A stretch of DNA of 64,000 nucleotides from an uncultured delta proteobacterium (GTDB taxonomy: Bacteria > Myxococcota > Myxococcia > Myxococcales > Myxococcaceae): NCBI GenBank assembly GCA_963771175.1, contig CAVYSY010000005.1, positions 10,535 through 74,534 on the forward strand. Reading direction: 5' to 3'. The notes beneath the pieces are model-generated. The model saw only the letters and a list, made by a program, of their open reading frames with translations. It was not told where the DNA came from and searched no databases. Below, in pieces: positions 9,488-19,737 of the stretch. Within the stretch, counting starts at the first letter, position 1, and each line of letters opens with the position of its first letter. The position numbers were made by a program, and so were the translations under genes.

Positions 9488-9940
9488 CTACCCCGTCAGG
9501 GCCGCCGCCAGCGCCCGGGCCGCGGCCTCCAGCTCCGCCTCCGGGCGCGCCTCGTCAGGGAGTGCGTCGAAGGCGCCCCGCCCCCACAGGCGCTGGGGCG
9601 TGTCCCGGTAGCGCGGCACCAGGTGCAGGTGGAAGTGACGCAGCACGTCGCCGATGGCGAAGGCGTAGGCGTGCTCGGCGCCGAGCACCTCGCGCTGGGC
9701 CCTCATCACCCGCGCGGCGAAGGGGCCCAGCTCGCGCGCCGCCTCGTCGTCCAGGTCGTACAGGGCCCGCGCGTGCCGCACGCTGGTGAGCACCACCCAG
9801 CCGGGCAGCGCGCTGGGCGAGGCCACGCCGTGGAGCACCAGCCCCGCCGAGCGAGCGAGCACCCCTCCCACGGGACGGGTGGCTCCACTCACGAGGGCGC
9901 AGCCGAGACAGGGGTCGTTCACGTCCACCTTGTTGCTCAT
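9488..9940 (-). CDS. HIT family hydrolase
   Basis: CxxC near the N-terminus and HFHLHLVPR histidine triad; ATG at 9940. Confidence 0.85.
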   Translation of the reverse strand: MSNKVDVNDPCLGCALVSGATRPVGGVLARSAGLVLHGVASPSALPGWVVLTSVRHARALYDLDDEAARELGPFAARVMRAQREVLGAEHAYAFAIGDVLRHFHLHLVPRYRDTPQRLWGRGAFDALPDEARPEAELEAAARALAAALTG

Positions 9941-10063
9941 GGCGCGCACGCTACCAGCGCCCGGCGGGCAGGAGTGCTCTGCTTGACGCAGGTGGGGTGG
10001 GTCGGAGAGTGTCTCCCGCCGCTCCTCGCGGGCAGGGCATTCCAACCATTCAAGGTGGGGAAG

Positions 10064-11746
10064 ATGAAGAAGCATTTGGCGATCGTGTTGCCGCTGCTGG
10101 TTGTCGGGTGCACGGAGCCTGAGGACAAGGACCAGGACGGAATCATCGACGGCGTCCGCGAGCCGGACAGCGTGTCGGTGGTGGCCCCGGCCAATCCGAA
10201 GGGGACGGTCTCCGGGCAGGTGCTGAACACCCGGATGCAGCCGCTCCCGGGCGCCTCGGTGCAGCTGACCATCGGCAGCGCGACGACGGAGCAGCCCGTC
10301 ACGGCCACGACGGACGCCTCCGGCAATTTCATGTTCAAGAACGTGCCGGCCGGCTCCCAGGTGTTGGTGACCATCGGCATGGAGGGGTACGCCACGCTGC
10401 GCGCCAGCGCCGTGGTGCCCTCCAGCGCGGGCAACATCCCCATCAACAACGGCAACGCGAGCATTGGCGCCATCACGCTCGCCGAGACGAAGAGCACCGT
10501 GCGCTTCACGCTCGTCACGCCGTCGGGTCGTCCCGCCGCGGGTGCCCAGGCGTACCTCGAGGCCTCTCCCACCGGGACGATTGCCTTCAATGGCTCCACG
10601 GTGACGGCCGTGAGCTCGGTGGTGGTCCTGGCGCAGGCGGATGCCCAGGGCGTCGTCTCCTTCAACAATGTCCCCGCGCCGGCGGAGCTGGCTCGCATCG
10701 GCGAGTACTCCCGCGAGGGGGGCAGCTACCGCCTGTGGGTGGATCCGGTCGATGTGAACTCCGATGGAGTCATCGATGCCGCCGGCTATGCGAAGAAGAT
10801 CGATGCCTCGTCGTTGATGGTGTACGGCGGCTCGCAGCTCATCCTCCTGCCCGCGCCGCGCAACGATGCCGACTCCATGGATCCGTCCGATCCCTCCACC
10901 GGCAGCGGCTTCAGCCTGGTGGCCACGAGTCTCTCCAGCCTCAACTTCGACGGCATCACCGACGTCGCGAAGAAGGCCCTGGCCAAGGAGCCGCTGCGCA
11001 ACATGCTCCGGGCCAACGAGTCCCTCTTCGTCGCCTTCTCGCACCCCATCCAGAAGGACACCCTGCTCGCCACCGTGACGGACGAGTCCGGCCGTACGGG
11101 CGCCCCCATGACGGTGACTCCCAACGCGACGGGGGATGCCTTCAGCCTCGCCCTCCCCTCGCCACTGAGCATCGTGGAGGGCAACAGGTACAACGTGGTC
11201 CTGCGGGCCACCTCGGCCTACGACCAGACCACCCTGATCTGGAAGGGCTACTTCATCAGCGGCGACGTCGGCAGCCCGAAGTCCACGACCCAGCCGGGCT
11301 TCGTGACTGTTGCCTTCAAGGACGGCGCCGGCGGTACCACGCCCAATCTCGACAATGGGGAGTGCGTCGTCGTCACCTTCAATCAGGTGGTCATCCCGCC
11401 CGATGCGACGGTGCTTCCGCCTGTCGAGGCTTTCTTCAACGCGAACCTCGGCCTCACGGGTCGCATGGGCGAGTACGGTGCCGCCACGGGCTTGCAGCTC
11501 TCCGTGGCTCCTGCTCCCATGGTAAACGCCTGCTTTGATGAGAAGGCGAGCTACCCCATCAGCACCAACTTCACCTTCACGCCTCGCTACTACCTCCAGA
11601 TGAACACGGGCGTGGGCATCTCGGTGCCCGCTGGCACGGCGGTGAAGCTGGCCTTCAGCAAGTATGCGACGAGCGCCGCCACCTACGAGACGGCCTGGGC
11701 CAAACCGCTGACCAGCGACGTCGAGGTCTCGCTCACCAAGCTGTAA
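10064..11746 (+). CDS. Lipoprotein with carboxypeptidase-regulatory-like (beta-sandwich) domains
   Basis: MKKHLAIVLPLLVVGC lipobox; GTVSGQV...PLPGASV...TTDASGNF motif; DxDxDG-type Ca-binding motifs (DKDQDG, DVNSDG). Confidence 0.8.
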   Translation: MKKHLAIVLPLLVVGCTEPEDKDQDGIIDGVREPDSVSVVAPANPKGTVSGQVLNTRMQPLPGASVQLTIGSATTEQPVTATTDASGNFMFKNVPAGSQVLVTIGMEGYATLRASAVVPSSAGNIPINNGNASIGAITLAETKSTVRFTLVTPSGRPAAGAQAYLEASPTGTIAFNGSTVTAVSSVVVLAQADAQGVVSFNNVPAPAELARIGEYSREGGSYRLWVDPVDVNSDGVIDAAGYAKKIDASSLMVYGGSQLILLPAPRNDADSMDPSDPSTGSGFSLVATSLSSLNFDGITDVAKKALAKEPLRNMLRANESLFVAFSHPIQKDTLLATVTDESGRTGAPMTVTPNATGDAFSLALPSPLSIVEGNRYNVVLRATSAYDQTTLIWKGYFISGDVGSPKSTTQPGFVTVAFKDGAGGTTPNLDNGECVVVTFNQVVIPPDATVLPPVEAFFNANLGLTGRMGEYGAATGLQLSVAPAPMVNACFDEKASYPISTNFTFTPRYYLQMNTGVGISVPAGTAVKLAFSKYATSAATYETAWAKPLTSDVEVSLTKL

Positions 11747-11773
11747 AGCTGTAGCCCTGGCGTTCCAGGAGCA

Positions 11774-11805
11774 GACAACCGGGCGGACTGCGCCGCCCGG
11801 TTGTC
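11774..11805. terminator. 13-bp perfect stem-loop after the lipoprotein gene
   Basis: GACAACCGGGCGG-actgcg-CCGCCCGGTTGTC; no U-tract. Confidence 0.55.
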
Positions 11806-11989
11806 CCAAGTCATCATCGCTGTGAGGGAAGTGTCCTGGGCAGAACGGGTCTTGAGGGCTTCTGGTGCTCCAAAGCCTGCCGGGGACGAGCACATCCAAA
11901 GGGCCGTGCATAGCATGGAGCGGCGTTCCCACCTTGTACGAGGGACCCGCGCCATGACCGAAACGTTCACGCAAACCCTCGAAAACAGG

Positions 11990-12412
11990 ATGGCTGACAG
12001 CCGCCAGCCCGCCAATTCGGCCGAGCGCAGGCGTGTGCTCGTCGTCGACGACTTCGACGACGCACGCGAGATGTACGCGGAGTACCTCGAGTTTGTTGGC
12101 TTTCAGGTAGATGTGGCCCGCAACGGGGTAGAGGCCGTGGAGAAGGCCCAGGACGCTCCCCCGGACATCATCCTGATGGACCTGTCGCTGCCCATCATGG
12201 ACGGGTGGGAGGCCACGCGGCGGCTGAAGCAGGACCAGCGCACCCGCGACATCCCGGTGATGGCGCTCAGCGGCCATGTGCTGGCTGGCAATGCCGAACA
12301 GGCGAGGCAGGCCGGCGCGGACGAGTTCGTCGCCAAGCCGTGTCTCCCGCAGGATCTGGAGGAGCGCATCCACCGGATGCTCAAGCCCAGCAAGCCCAAG
12401 AGCAAACCCTAG
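11990..12412 (+). CDS. Single-domain response regulator (CheY/DivK-like)
   Basis: VLVVDD, ILMDLSLPIMDG, ALSG, AKP; start could be 11954. Confidence 0.88.
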   Translation: MADSRQPANSAERRRVLVVDDFDDAREMYAEYLEFVGFQVDVARNGVEAVEKAQDAPPDIILMDLSLPIMDGWEATRRLKQDQRTRDIPVMALSGHVLAGNAEQARQAGADEFVAKPCLPQDLEERIHRMLKPSKPKSKP

Positions 12413-12454
12413 TCCGCTACCCTGATTCTTCCTCTTCGCGCGTAGGCACGTCCC

Positions 12455-15400
12455 GTGGGCTCCCCCCCTGCCTCCCGGTCCAACGTCGACGGGTGGACTC
12501 CGCCCGAGGCGTTCGACGAGTACCGCCTGGTGCGTCTCATCGGCCATGGGACCACGGGGGGCGTGTACCTCGCCCATGACACGCTGCTCGACCGGCCGGT
12601 GGCGGTGAAGTTCGTCCGCGAGCTGGGCTCCGGCGCGCTCACCCGCTTCCTGGTGGAGGCCCGCGCCGCCGCCCGTGTCCAGCACCCCAACGTCGTCACC
12701 CTCTACCGGGTGGGCCAGCTCGAGAACCACCCCTACCTCATCTCCGAGTTCGTCCGGGGCACCTCCCTGGACCGGCTACCGCGGCCCATGCCCTGGGAGC
12801 GCGTGCTGGAGCTCGGCAAGGACCTGGCGCGGGGACTGGGCGCCGCGCACCGCCGCGGCGTGCTTCACCGCGACATCAAACCCGGCAACGCCATCCTCAC
12901 CGAGACCGGCGAGGTGAAGCTGCTGGACTTCGGATTGGCCAAGCTGCTGGACCTGGACGCGCCCGGGGGGGCCGGCGCCGACGCGCAGTTCATGGAGGAT
13001 CCGCTCGACGACGTGCCGCCGTCGGCCCTGCCGGAGGGCATGCTGGTGGGCACGCCCTACTACATGTCCCCGGAGGCCTGGGCGGGCGAGGAGCTCACGG
13101 CCCGCGGCGACGTGTACTCGCTGGGGTTGGTGCTCTACGAGCTTTGTGCGGGCCAGGGGCCCTTCCGGGACGTGCGCCTGCGGGAGCTGCCGAAGGCGGT
13201 GTCCTCCCGGGACGCGCGGCCTCTGGCCGAGGTCGCTCCAGGCGTGGACCCGGCCTTCGCGACCGTGGTGGACCGGTGCCTGCGCCGCGCGCCCGAGGAG
13301 CGCTTCGCCTCCGCCGTGTCGCTGTTGGACGCGCTGGAGCAGCTCTCTCGCGACGAGTCCGCCGGGGTCGTGCCCGAGGGCAATCCCTACCGCGGCCTCC
13401 AGGCCTTCGAGGCCGAGCACCGCGCCCTCTTCTTCGGCCGGCAGCGAGAGCAGCGCGAGGTGCTGGAGCGGCTCCGGGCCGAGCCCTTCCTGCTCGTCAC
13501 CGGTGACTCCGGCGTGGGCAAGTCCTCGCTGTGCCTCGCCGGCGTGCTGCCCCAGCTCATCGATGGCGCGCTGGAGGACAGGCGGCGCTGGAGGGGTGTG
13601 CGGTGGGTACCGGGCCGTCGCCCCGCCGCCGCGCTCGCCGCCGCGCTCTCCCCCGTGCTGGACGCGGACGAGGAGGGGCTGCTGGCCTTCCTGCGCGCGG
13701 ACCCCACCGCGCTCGCGCGCCGGTTGCGAGCCCGCCTCGGCCCGGATGAGGGACTCGTCGTCTACGTGGACCAGCTCGAGGAGTTGGTGACGCTCGCGGG
13801 CGATGCCGAGGCCGCGCAGGCGGGGCTCGCGCTCGGGGGACTGGCCGAGGGCGTGTCCGGCGTGCGCGTCCTCGCCACCTGCCGCAGCGACTTCCTCACC
13901 CGGCTGACGGCGGTGCCGGGGCTCGGCGCGGCGGTGCCCGGGGCGCTCTACCTGCTGCGGGCGCTCGGCCCGGAGGAGGTCCGCGAGGCGGTGGTGGGCC
14001 CGGCGCGGGTGAAGGGCGTGCGCTTCGAGTCCGAGGCACTGGTGGACACGCTGGTGTCCTCCACCTCGGCCACCGAGAGCGGGCTGCCACTCCTGCAGTT
14101 CGCGCTCGCCGAGCTGTGGGAGGCGCGGGACGAGGCCTCGGGCGTCATCACCCAGGCGGCGCTGGACGGACTGGGCGGCGTGGGGGGCGCGCTGGCGAAG
14201 CACGCGGACGCGGCCGTGGCACGCCTGCTGCCGGACCAGCGCACCGCCGCTCGCGGCGTCCTGCTGCGACTCATCACCGCGGACGGCACCCGGGCCCGGA
14301 AGACGGACCAGGAGCTGGTGGGGGATGACCCGCGCCACCGCACGGTGCTGGAGGCCCTGGTGCGCGCGCGCCTGCTGGTGGCCCGCGAAGGGGAAGGGGG
14401 CACCTCGTACGAGGTGGCCCACGAGGCGCTCCTGTCGGGCTGGGGCACGCTGGCGCGCTGGCTGGCCGAGGCCTCCGAGCGCCGCGAGGTGCAGTCCCGC
14501 CTGGAGGCCGACTCCGCCCACTGGGAGCGCGCGCGCCACATGAGGGAGCTGCTCTGGGGGCCCCGGCAGCTCGCCGAGGCCGCCGCGCTCGAGCCGGCCG
14601 AGCTCACCCGCCGCGAGCTGGCCTTCCTCGAGGCCTCGCGACGCACGGTGGTGCGCAGCCGCCACCTGCGACGGGCGCTCGCCGCGGGCTTCGTCCTCTC
14701 GCTGGGGCTCGTCTACGGGGGCCTGCGGCTGCGCGAGGCGGGAGAGCGGGACGCGGCGGTGCGCGCCTGGCTCGCCGATGCCGCCACCGCGATGGACAGC
14801 GTGTACCGGGAGCGTGCCACCTTCGCCGTCGCGCAAGAGGAGGCGCTCCGCTTCTTCGATGCCGGTCGCAAGGACGAGGGCGAGGCGGCCTGGGCACGCG
14901 CCATGGCGGCGGAGACGTCGGTGCGCCGTCGGCTCGACGAGGCGGGGGATCGACTGGAGCACGCGCTGGTGTTGGACCCCACCCGCGAGGATGTCCGCGG
15001 CGCCCTGGCCGACTTCCTCCTCGAGAGCGCCCTGCACGCCGAGCGGGAGCCGGGAGCCAGCGAGGTGTCGGCGTTGTTGCAGCGGCTGAAGCTGTACGAC
15101 ACCTCGGGAGAGCGCTGGCGGCGGTGGACGATGCCCGCCCTCGTCACGCTGGAGGTGGGCGCGCCCGGCGCGACGGTGGAGCTGCGTCCGGTCTCCAGGG
15201 ACCTGGAGGGCCGCGAGAAGCCAGGCGAGCCGCTAGCGCTCGGCGCGGGGCCGTGGGTGGACGTGCCGGTGCCACCGGGAGACTGGCGCCTGGTGGTGAG
15301 GGCGCCGGGGCACGAGCCCGCCTCCGCCCCGCTGCGCCTCTCGCGCGGCGAGCGCAGGCGCCTGTCGCTGCCGCTCATCGCCGAGGGCCGGCTTCCCGAG

Positions 15401-16228
15401 GGCCTCGTCTATGTGCCGCCAGGGCGCGTGCTCTTCGGCAGCGCGGCGGACGCGAGCGTGCGCGGCTTCTTCAACGCCGTGCCGCTGCACGCGCGGGAGA
15501 CGGCGGGCTTCCTCATCGCGCGCCATGAGACGACGTACGCGCAGTGGTTGACCTTCCTGGAGTCGCTGTCCCCGGAGGAGCGCGCCCGCCGCCTGCCTCG
15601 CACGAGCACGACGTACCACGGGCTGCTCCGGCTGGAGCGGGAGCGGGACATCTGGGTGCTGCGCTTCCAGCCGGGTGGGGTGGCCTATACCGTCCGAGCC
15701 GGGGAGAAGGTGCGCTACGCGAAGCGGGACCGCCGCGTGGCGCAGGACTGGCTGCGCTTCCCCGTCACCGGTGTCTCGTTCGAGGACACGGAGGCCTACC
15801 TGGCCTGGCTGGACCGGACGGGCCGCGTGCCCGGTGCCCGCCTCTGCTCGGAGCTGGAGTGGGAGCGCGCCACGCGTGGCGAGGACGGTCGCGAGTTCCC
15901 CCACGGCAACGTGCTCGCTCCGGACGACGCCAACTTCGATCTCACCTACGGCAAGGAGCCCGGGGGATTCGGCCCCGACGAGGTGGGCTCGCACCCGGCT
16001 TCCCGCAGCCCCTTCGGCGTGGATGACCTGGCGGGCAATGCCTTCGAGTGGACGCGCTCCTCGGTGGAGCCAGACCGCGCGGTGGCGCGAGGGGGCAGCT
16101 ACTACTTCGCGGCCGCGACGGCCCGCTCGGCCAACCGCGAGATGCCGGAGCGCACCTTCCGCGACATCAACGTGGGCCTCCGCGTGTGCGCGGATCCGCC
16201 CTCCCGTACGTTGCCCACGCGGGAGTGA
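12455..16228 (+). CDS. Ser/Thr kinase + STAND-type NTPase + TM + FGE/SUMF1-domain protein
   Basis: HRDIKPGN/DFG/GTPYYMSPE; NPYRGLQAF, Walker A GDSGVGKSS, Walker B VYVDQLEEL, EVAHEALL; TM LAAGFVLSLGLVYGGL; FGE motifs RLCSELEWE, SPFGVDDLAGNAFEW, RGGSY, GLRVC. Confidence 0.88.
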   Translation: MGSPPASRSNVDGWTPPEAFDEYRLVRLIGHGTTGGVYLAHDTLLDRPVAVKFVRELGSGALTRFLVEARAAARVQHPNVVTLYRVGQLENHPYLISEFVRGTSLDRLPRPMPWERVLELGKDLARGLGAAHRRGVLHRDIKPGNAILTETGEVKLLDFGLAKLLDLDAPGGAGADAQFMEDPLDDVPPSALPEGMLVGTPYYMSPEAWAGEELTARGDVYSLGLVLYELCAGQGPFRDVRLRELPKAVSSRDARPLAEVAPGVDPAFATVVDRCLRRAPEERFASAVSLLDALEQLSRDESAGVVPEGNPYRGLQAFEAEHRALFFGRQREQREVLERLRAEPFLLVTGDSGVGKSSLCLAGVLPQLIDGALEDRRRWRGVRWVPGRRPAAALAAALSPVLDADEEGLLAFLRADPTALARRLRARLGPDEGLVVYVDQLEELVTLAGDAEAAQAGLALGGLAEGVSGVRVLATCRSDFLTRLTAVPGLGAAVPGALYLLRALGPEEVREAVVGPARVKGVRFESEALVDTLVSSTSATESGLPLLQFALAELWEARDEASGVITQAALDGLGGVGGALAKHADAAVARLLPDQRTAARGVLLRLITADGTRARKTDQELVGDDPRHRTVLEALVRARLLVAREGEGGTSYEVAHEALLSGWGTLARWLAEASERREVQSRLEADSAHWERARHMRELLWGPRQLAEAAALEPAELTRRELAFLEASRRTVVRSRHLRRALAAGFVLSLGLVYGGLRLREAGERDAAVRAWLADAATAMDSVYRERATFAVAQEEALRFFDAGRKDEGEAAWARAMAAETSVRRRLDEAGDRLEHALVLDPTREDVRGALADFLLESALHAEREPGASEVSALLQRLKLYDTSGERWRRWTMPALVTLEVGAPGATVELRPVSRDLEGREKPGEPLALGAGPWVDVPVPPGDWRLVVRAPGHEPASAPLRLSRGERRRLSLPLIAEGRLPEGLVYVPPGRVLFGSAADASVRGFFNAVPLHARETAGFLIARHETTYAQWLTFLESLSPEERARRLPRTSTTYHGLLRLERERDIWVLRFQPGGVAYTVRAGEKVRYAKRDRRVAQDWLRFPVTGVSFEDTEAYLAWLDRTGRVPGARLCSELEWERATRGEDGREFPHGNVLAPDDANFDLTYGKEPGGFGPDEVGSHPASRSPFGVDDLAGNAFEWTRSSVEPDRAVARGGSYYFAAATARSANREMPERTFRDINVGLRVCADPPSRTLPTRE

Positions 16229-16363
16229 TGCCACGGGGTGCCCTCGTGGGGGCCTGCCTCTCGACAATGCAAGTGCCTGGGTGCGACATGTGTGGCTTGC
16301 CCGAGGGAGGACCGCTGCACACCGTCGCGCGTGTGGGGACTGGGGTGTTGGAGGGGTGGGGAC

Positions 16364-17351
16364 ATGCGAGCGAGCGGGCGGTGGTGTTGCGTCGTGGCGG
16401 CCGTGGGGATGGTGGCCTGCGGGGGCGAGGTGCTGGTGGAGCCCGAGGAACACCTCGGTGAGCAGGCGGCGGCGCTGGCGGTATCCAATGGCACCAGGCT
16501 GAATGGCACCAACCTGAACGGGACGAACCTGAACGGAACGAACCTGAATGGCAGCCCGCTGTCGGGGGTGCTCGTCTCGGTCGACTACGCGGGCGCTCGC
16601 ACCGACAAGGTGTCCGGCGTGCGGCGGCTGGGCACGTTCGACGCCGTGTGGCTGGAGGGCTCGGTCTTCCACGGCCGGTCCCGGGGGCGATACCTGTTCG
16701 GGCTCGATTTCCAGCGCGCGCGCTTCACGGGCAACCTGGGCAGTGGCCAGACGGTGGAATTGCGCGTGGACGCCATCACTCCGGGCTCGGCGGAGAGCCC
16801 GGACGTGTGGGCGTATCGGGTCTCCTACCGCGCGCCGACGGATGGCCGGTGGTACCCGCTCTGCGAGGATGCGAGTGGCCAGCCGGCGGCTGCCATCGCC
16901 GTGGCGGGGCGCTGGGACTACCGACAGGGGCTGCCGGGCGTGGGCGGTGCGAAGTACGACGACCCCCGCACCTTCACCTTCGCGTGCGAGGGCGCGGCGA
17001 TCGCGAAGTGCATCCGCTTTGGCTACAGGCCGTGGGCGAGCGTCGACGGCGTGAGCCTCGCGGCGCTCCACCAGGCCTGCACGCGCCTCATCCGTGCGGA
17101 CTACTGCGGCGACGGCACCTCGCACACCGTGAATGGGCAGTGGGTGAACATCATCGACGCGCTGGGCGTGCAGCGGGACTCCGAGCGCTGGGCGCTGGAA
17201 GCGGAGTGGGACGCCGAGGGCGCGCGCTGCTTCACGGACTACAACCGAGCCCGAGCACCCGTGTCGTGTCCGGAGATCCGGATGAAGACGCAGTGCGGCA
17301 CGTCTGGAGGCCTTCTCCACTGGCACGTTGCTGCGCAGCGAGACGCCGTAG
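16364..17351 (+). CDS. ADYC-domain lipoprotein with NLNGT pentapeptide repeats (one frameshift near 17310)
   Basis: MVAC lipobox; NGTNLNGTNLNG; FACEGAAIAKC, HQACTRLIRADYCGDG; the shifted frame ends AFSTGTLLRSETP* before the convergent kinase stop. Confidence 0.8.
16487..16552 (+). repeat. 15-bp tandem coding repeat (NGTNL pentapeptides)
   Basis: aatggcaccaggctg aatggcaccaacctg aacgggacgaacctg aacggaacgaacctg aatggc. Confidence 0.85.
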
Positions 17352-17368
17352 CGCCCGGCGGCCCTCTC

Positions 17369-18888
17369 CTAGGGGGCGCACGGCTGGGGAGACGGCTTGC
17401 CGAGGAAGTCCACCTGGAGCCCGCCGTACTCCGAGCGACCGAACTCCATGCGCCACGCGTGCAGCACCGCCACCCGCCAGGCGATGTTCAGCCCCAGGCC
17501 CTGCCCACCGAGCCCGCGCGTGCGCGCCGTGTTGCCCCGGACACCCCTCTCGAGGATGCCCGGCAGCTCGCTGTCGGGGATGCCGGGTCCATCATCGAGC
17601 ACCCGCAGGCGGAAGGTGTCTCCGGGCTGGCGCTCGAGCACGACGGCGACATGGCCCTCGCGCGAGTTGTAGCGCACGGCGTTGTAGATGACGTTGCTCA
17701 CCGCTTGCTCGATGAGCGTGACGTCTCCGTCCACCACCAGCGGCGACTCGGGGACGGCGCACTCGAGCGCCACGCCCGGACTGGCGCGCGATGGGACGGT
17801 GGCGGCCCATGCACCGCTCCACCAGGGCGTTGAGGTCCACCGGCCCGCGCTGCACGCTCGGCTCACCCGCCTCCAGCCGGGCCGCCGCGCCCAGGTTGTG
17901 GATGAGCGCCGCCATGTAGTGCGCCTCCTGGCTGGCCGCCGCGACGACTGATGCCTCCATCGGCTCGCCTCGGGCCGCGCGCCGCTGCAGCTCGGCCAGG
18001 TGGCCCTGGAGTACCGTCAGGGGGAGCATCACGTCATGCGTGGTGTTTCCGAGGAAGGTGCGCAGCGCCTGTTCCCGCTTCTCCTTGAGGTCCATCTGCG
18101 CGCGCACCTCGTGCCCCGCCTCGTCGAAGGCGCGTGCCAGTTCGGAGATTTCATCGTTGCCCTGGAGGGTGATGGAGCCCTGGTAGGCGCTGCCGGCGAA
18201 GGCCCGCACCTCACGGGTGAGCTGCCGGAGGCGATGCACCACGGGCCCCACTGTGAGCAGCACGCCCGCCAGGGCGATCAGCATGGGCAGCAGCCAGAGG
18301 TCGGGAGGGGGGAGCAGGGGCTGCCGTGCTCCCCGGTCGGGGTGCTCCATCCGTTGGGCGAGCACGAAGGCGCACGGGCCGGACGCCCAGGCATGCGCAC
18401 CAGCACCTCGCGCGGGCCACGGGGTCCAAACCCGGGGAACCCGGAGGACGGGCTGGCCGACTCCTGCCCCTGCCGCAGGTCTTCCACGAGCCCTTCATCC
18501 AGAGGGGGCGCGGCGGGGTTGCGGGCCGAGAAGCGGGCATCGTAGGCGAACAGCCGGACTTCACCCCTTCGAGGGGGAGCCCTGCTTCCGGGCGGAGGTG
18601 GCGGGCCCTCTCCCGACCGACCCGGATGCGGGGGCGGCTCCCCCCATCCCATGGGCGGCGGGGCGGGCGGTCGCGGTGCGACGGTCGAGCCAGGGGCGCG
18701 TTGCTCCAGGTCGTGGGAGCGGCCTCGCACTGCTCCCGCCCTCCCGAGAGCATGTGCGTGAGGGCGTACTCGGCGAGGGCCGACTCGCGCGCTCTCTCCT
18801 CGACGGCCGTGTGGACCCACGCCAGGCCCATCGCGACGGGGAGCGCCACCGCCATCGTCGTGAGCGCCAGCCGCATCCGCAGCTTCAT
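17369..18888 (-). CDS. HAMP sensor histidine kinase (split by several frameshifts)
   Basis: N-terminal TM MKLRMRLALTTMAVALP; HAMP NDEISELARAF; H-box NTTHDVMLPL; N/G boxes NVIYNAVRY, DDGPGI, GLGL; ATGA overlap with the regulator stop. Confidence 0.85.
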
Positions 18889-19559
18889 GGGTCCTCGCCC
18901 TCTCCGAGCCGGTAGCCGATGCCCCACACCGTCTCGATGTGCTTGCCCGGGCCGAGCTTGCGCCGCAGCCGCGACACATGAACGTCCAGCGTCCGCTCGG
19001 TGCCCTCGCGCTCCGGATCCAACACGTTCTCCACCAGCCACTGGCGCGTCACCGCCGCCCCGGGTCGACGGGCGAGCGCGGCCAACAGGTCGAACTCCAC
19101 GCGCGTGAGCTCCACCGGGGTGCCGTGGACGCGCACCTCGCGGGCCTGGAGGTCCACGTGCAGCGCGCCGATGTCGACGCCGCTGTCCTGCCGCTGCAGC
19201 ACTGGCCGGCGCAGCCGCGCGCGCACGCGCTCCACCAACTCCTCGGGCCAGAAGGGCTTGGTCATGTAGTCGTCGGCCCCCAACTTCAGCGCCCGCACCT
19301 TGTCCGCGGTGTCATTGCGCGCGCTGAGGATGAGCACTGGCACGTCCGAGCCATCCCGGAGCTGCTTGAGGATGTCCATCCCGTAGGTGCCGGGGAGCAT
19401 CAGGTCGAGGATGATGAGCCTCCAGGTCGCCGCCTCGTCCGGGCGCAGTGCGCGCCCCTCGGTCCACCAGGTGGGCTCGAAGCCCGCCCGCCCCAGGTGG
19501 TCGACAATCTGTGCTCCCAGCTGCCGGTCATCCTCGATGAGCAGGATGCGCTCACCCAT
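18885..19559 (-). CDS. OmpR/PhoB-family response regulator
   Basis: ILLIEDD, ILDLMLPG, GADDYMTKPF, winged helix LTRVEFDLL...VHVSRLRRKL...TVWGIGY. Confidence 0.93.
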   Translation of the reverse strand: MGERILLIEDDRQLGAQIVDHLGRAGFEPTWWTEGRALRPDEAATWRLIILDLMLPGTYGMDILKQLRDGSDVPVLILSARNDTADKVRALKLGADDYMTKPFWPEELVERVRARLRRPVLQRQDSGVDIGALHVDLQAREVRVHGTPVELTRVEFDLLAALARRPGAAVTRQWLVENVLDPEREGTERTLDVHVSRLRRKLGPGKHIETVWGIGYRLGEGEDP

Positions 19560-19640
19560 GGCCTTGTCCTCTCCAGAAGTCGTGGCCGCCCCATCCGGGT
19601 GGGCACCACCCCTACTTGTGCCCCGTCGTACCGGAAGCGT

Positions 19641-19657
19641 CGTAAGAGAATCTTAAG
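19641..19657. promoter_or_regulatory. Direct-repeat box CGTAAG-N5-CTTAAG, putative OmpR-family binding site
   Basis: 11-bp-period direct repeat in an AT-rich patch between the regulator and the divergent lipoprotein gene. Confidence 0.55.
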
Positions 19658-19737
19658 ACATGGCTCCTAGCTTGAGTCTCGGCGGGGCCGGCCGGGGCCT
19701 CGCCATTCCGACACCCAGGGTGTCGAGGAGCGATGAC

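Noticed and set aside
6650..10063. N-terminal part of the 1698-aa plus-strand ORF
   Set aside because: It is the antisense shadow of the TonB receptor and HIT genes in high-GC DNA; only the part from ATG 10064 looks like a real gene
9941..12730. Upstream part of the 1080-aa minus-strand ORF
   Set aside because: Antisense to the lipoprotein, regulator and kinase genes; only 9488-9940 (HIT) has motifs
12455..16228. FGE domain as target of a diversity-generating retroelement
   Set aside because: No reverse transcriptase gene in the window, and I saw no template repeat matching the 3' end
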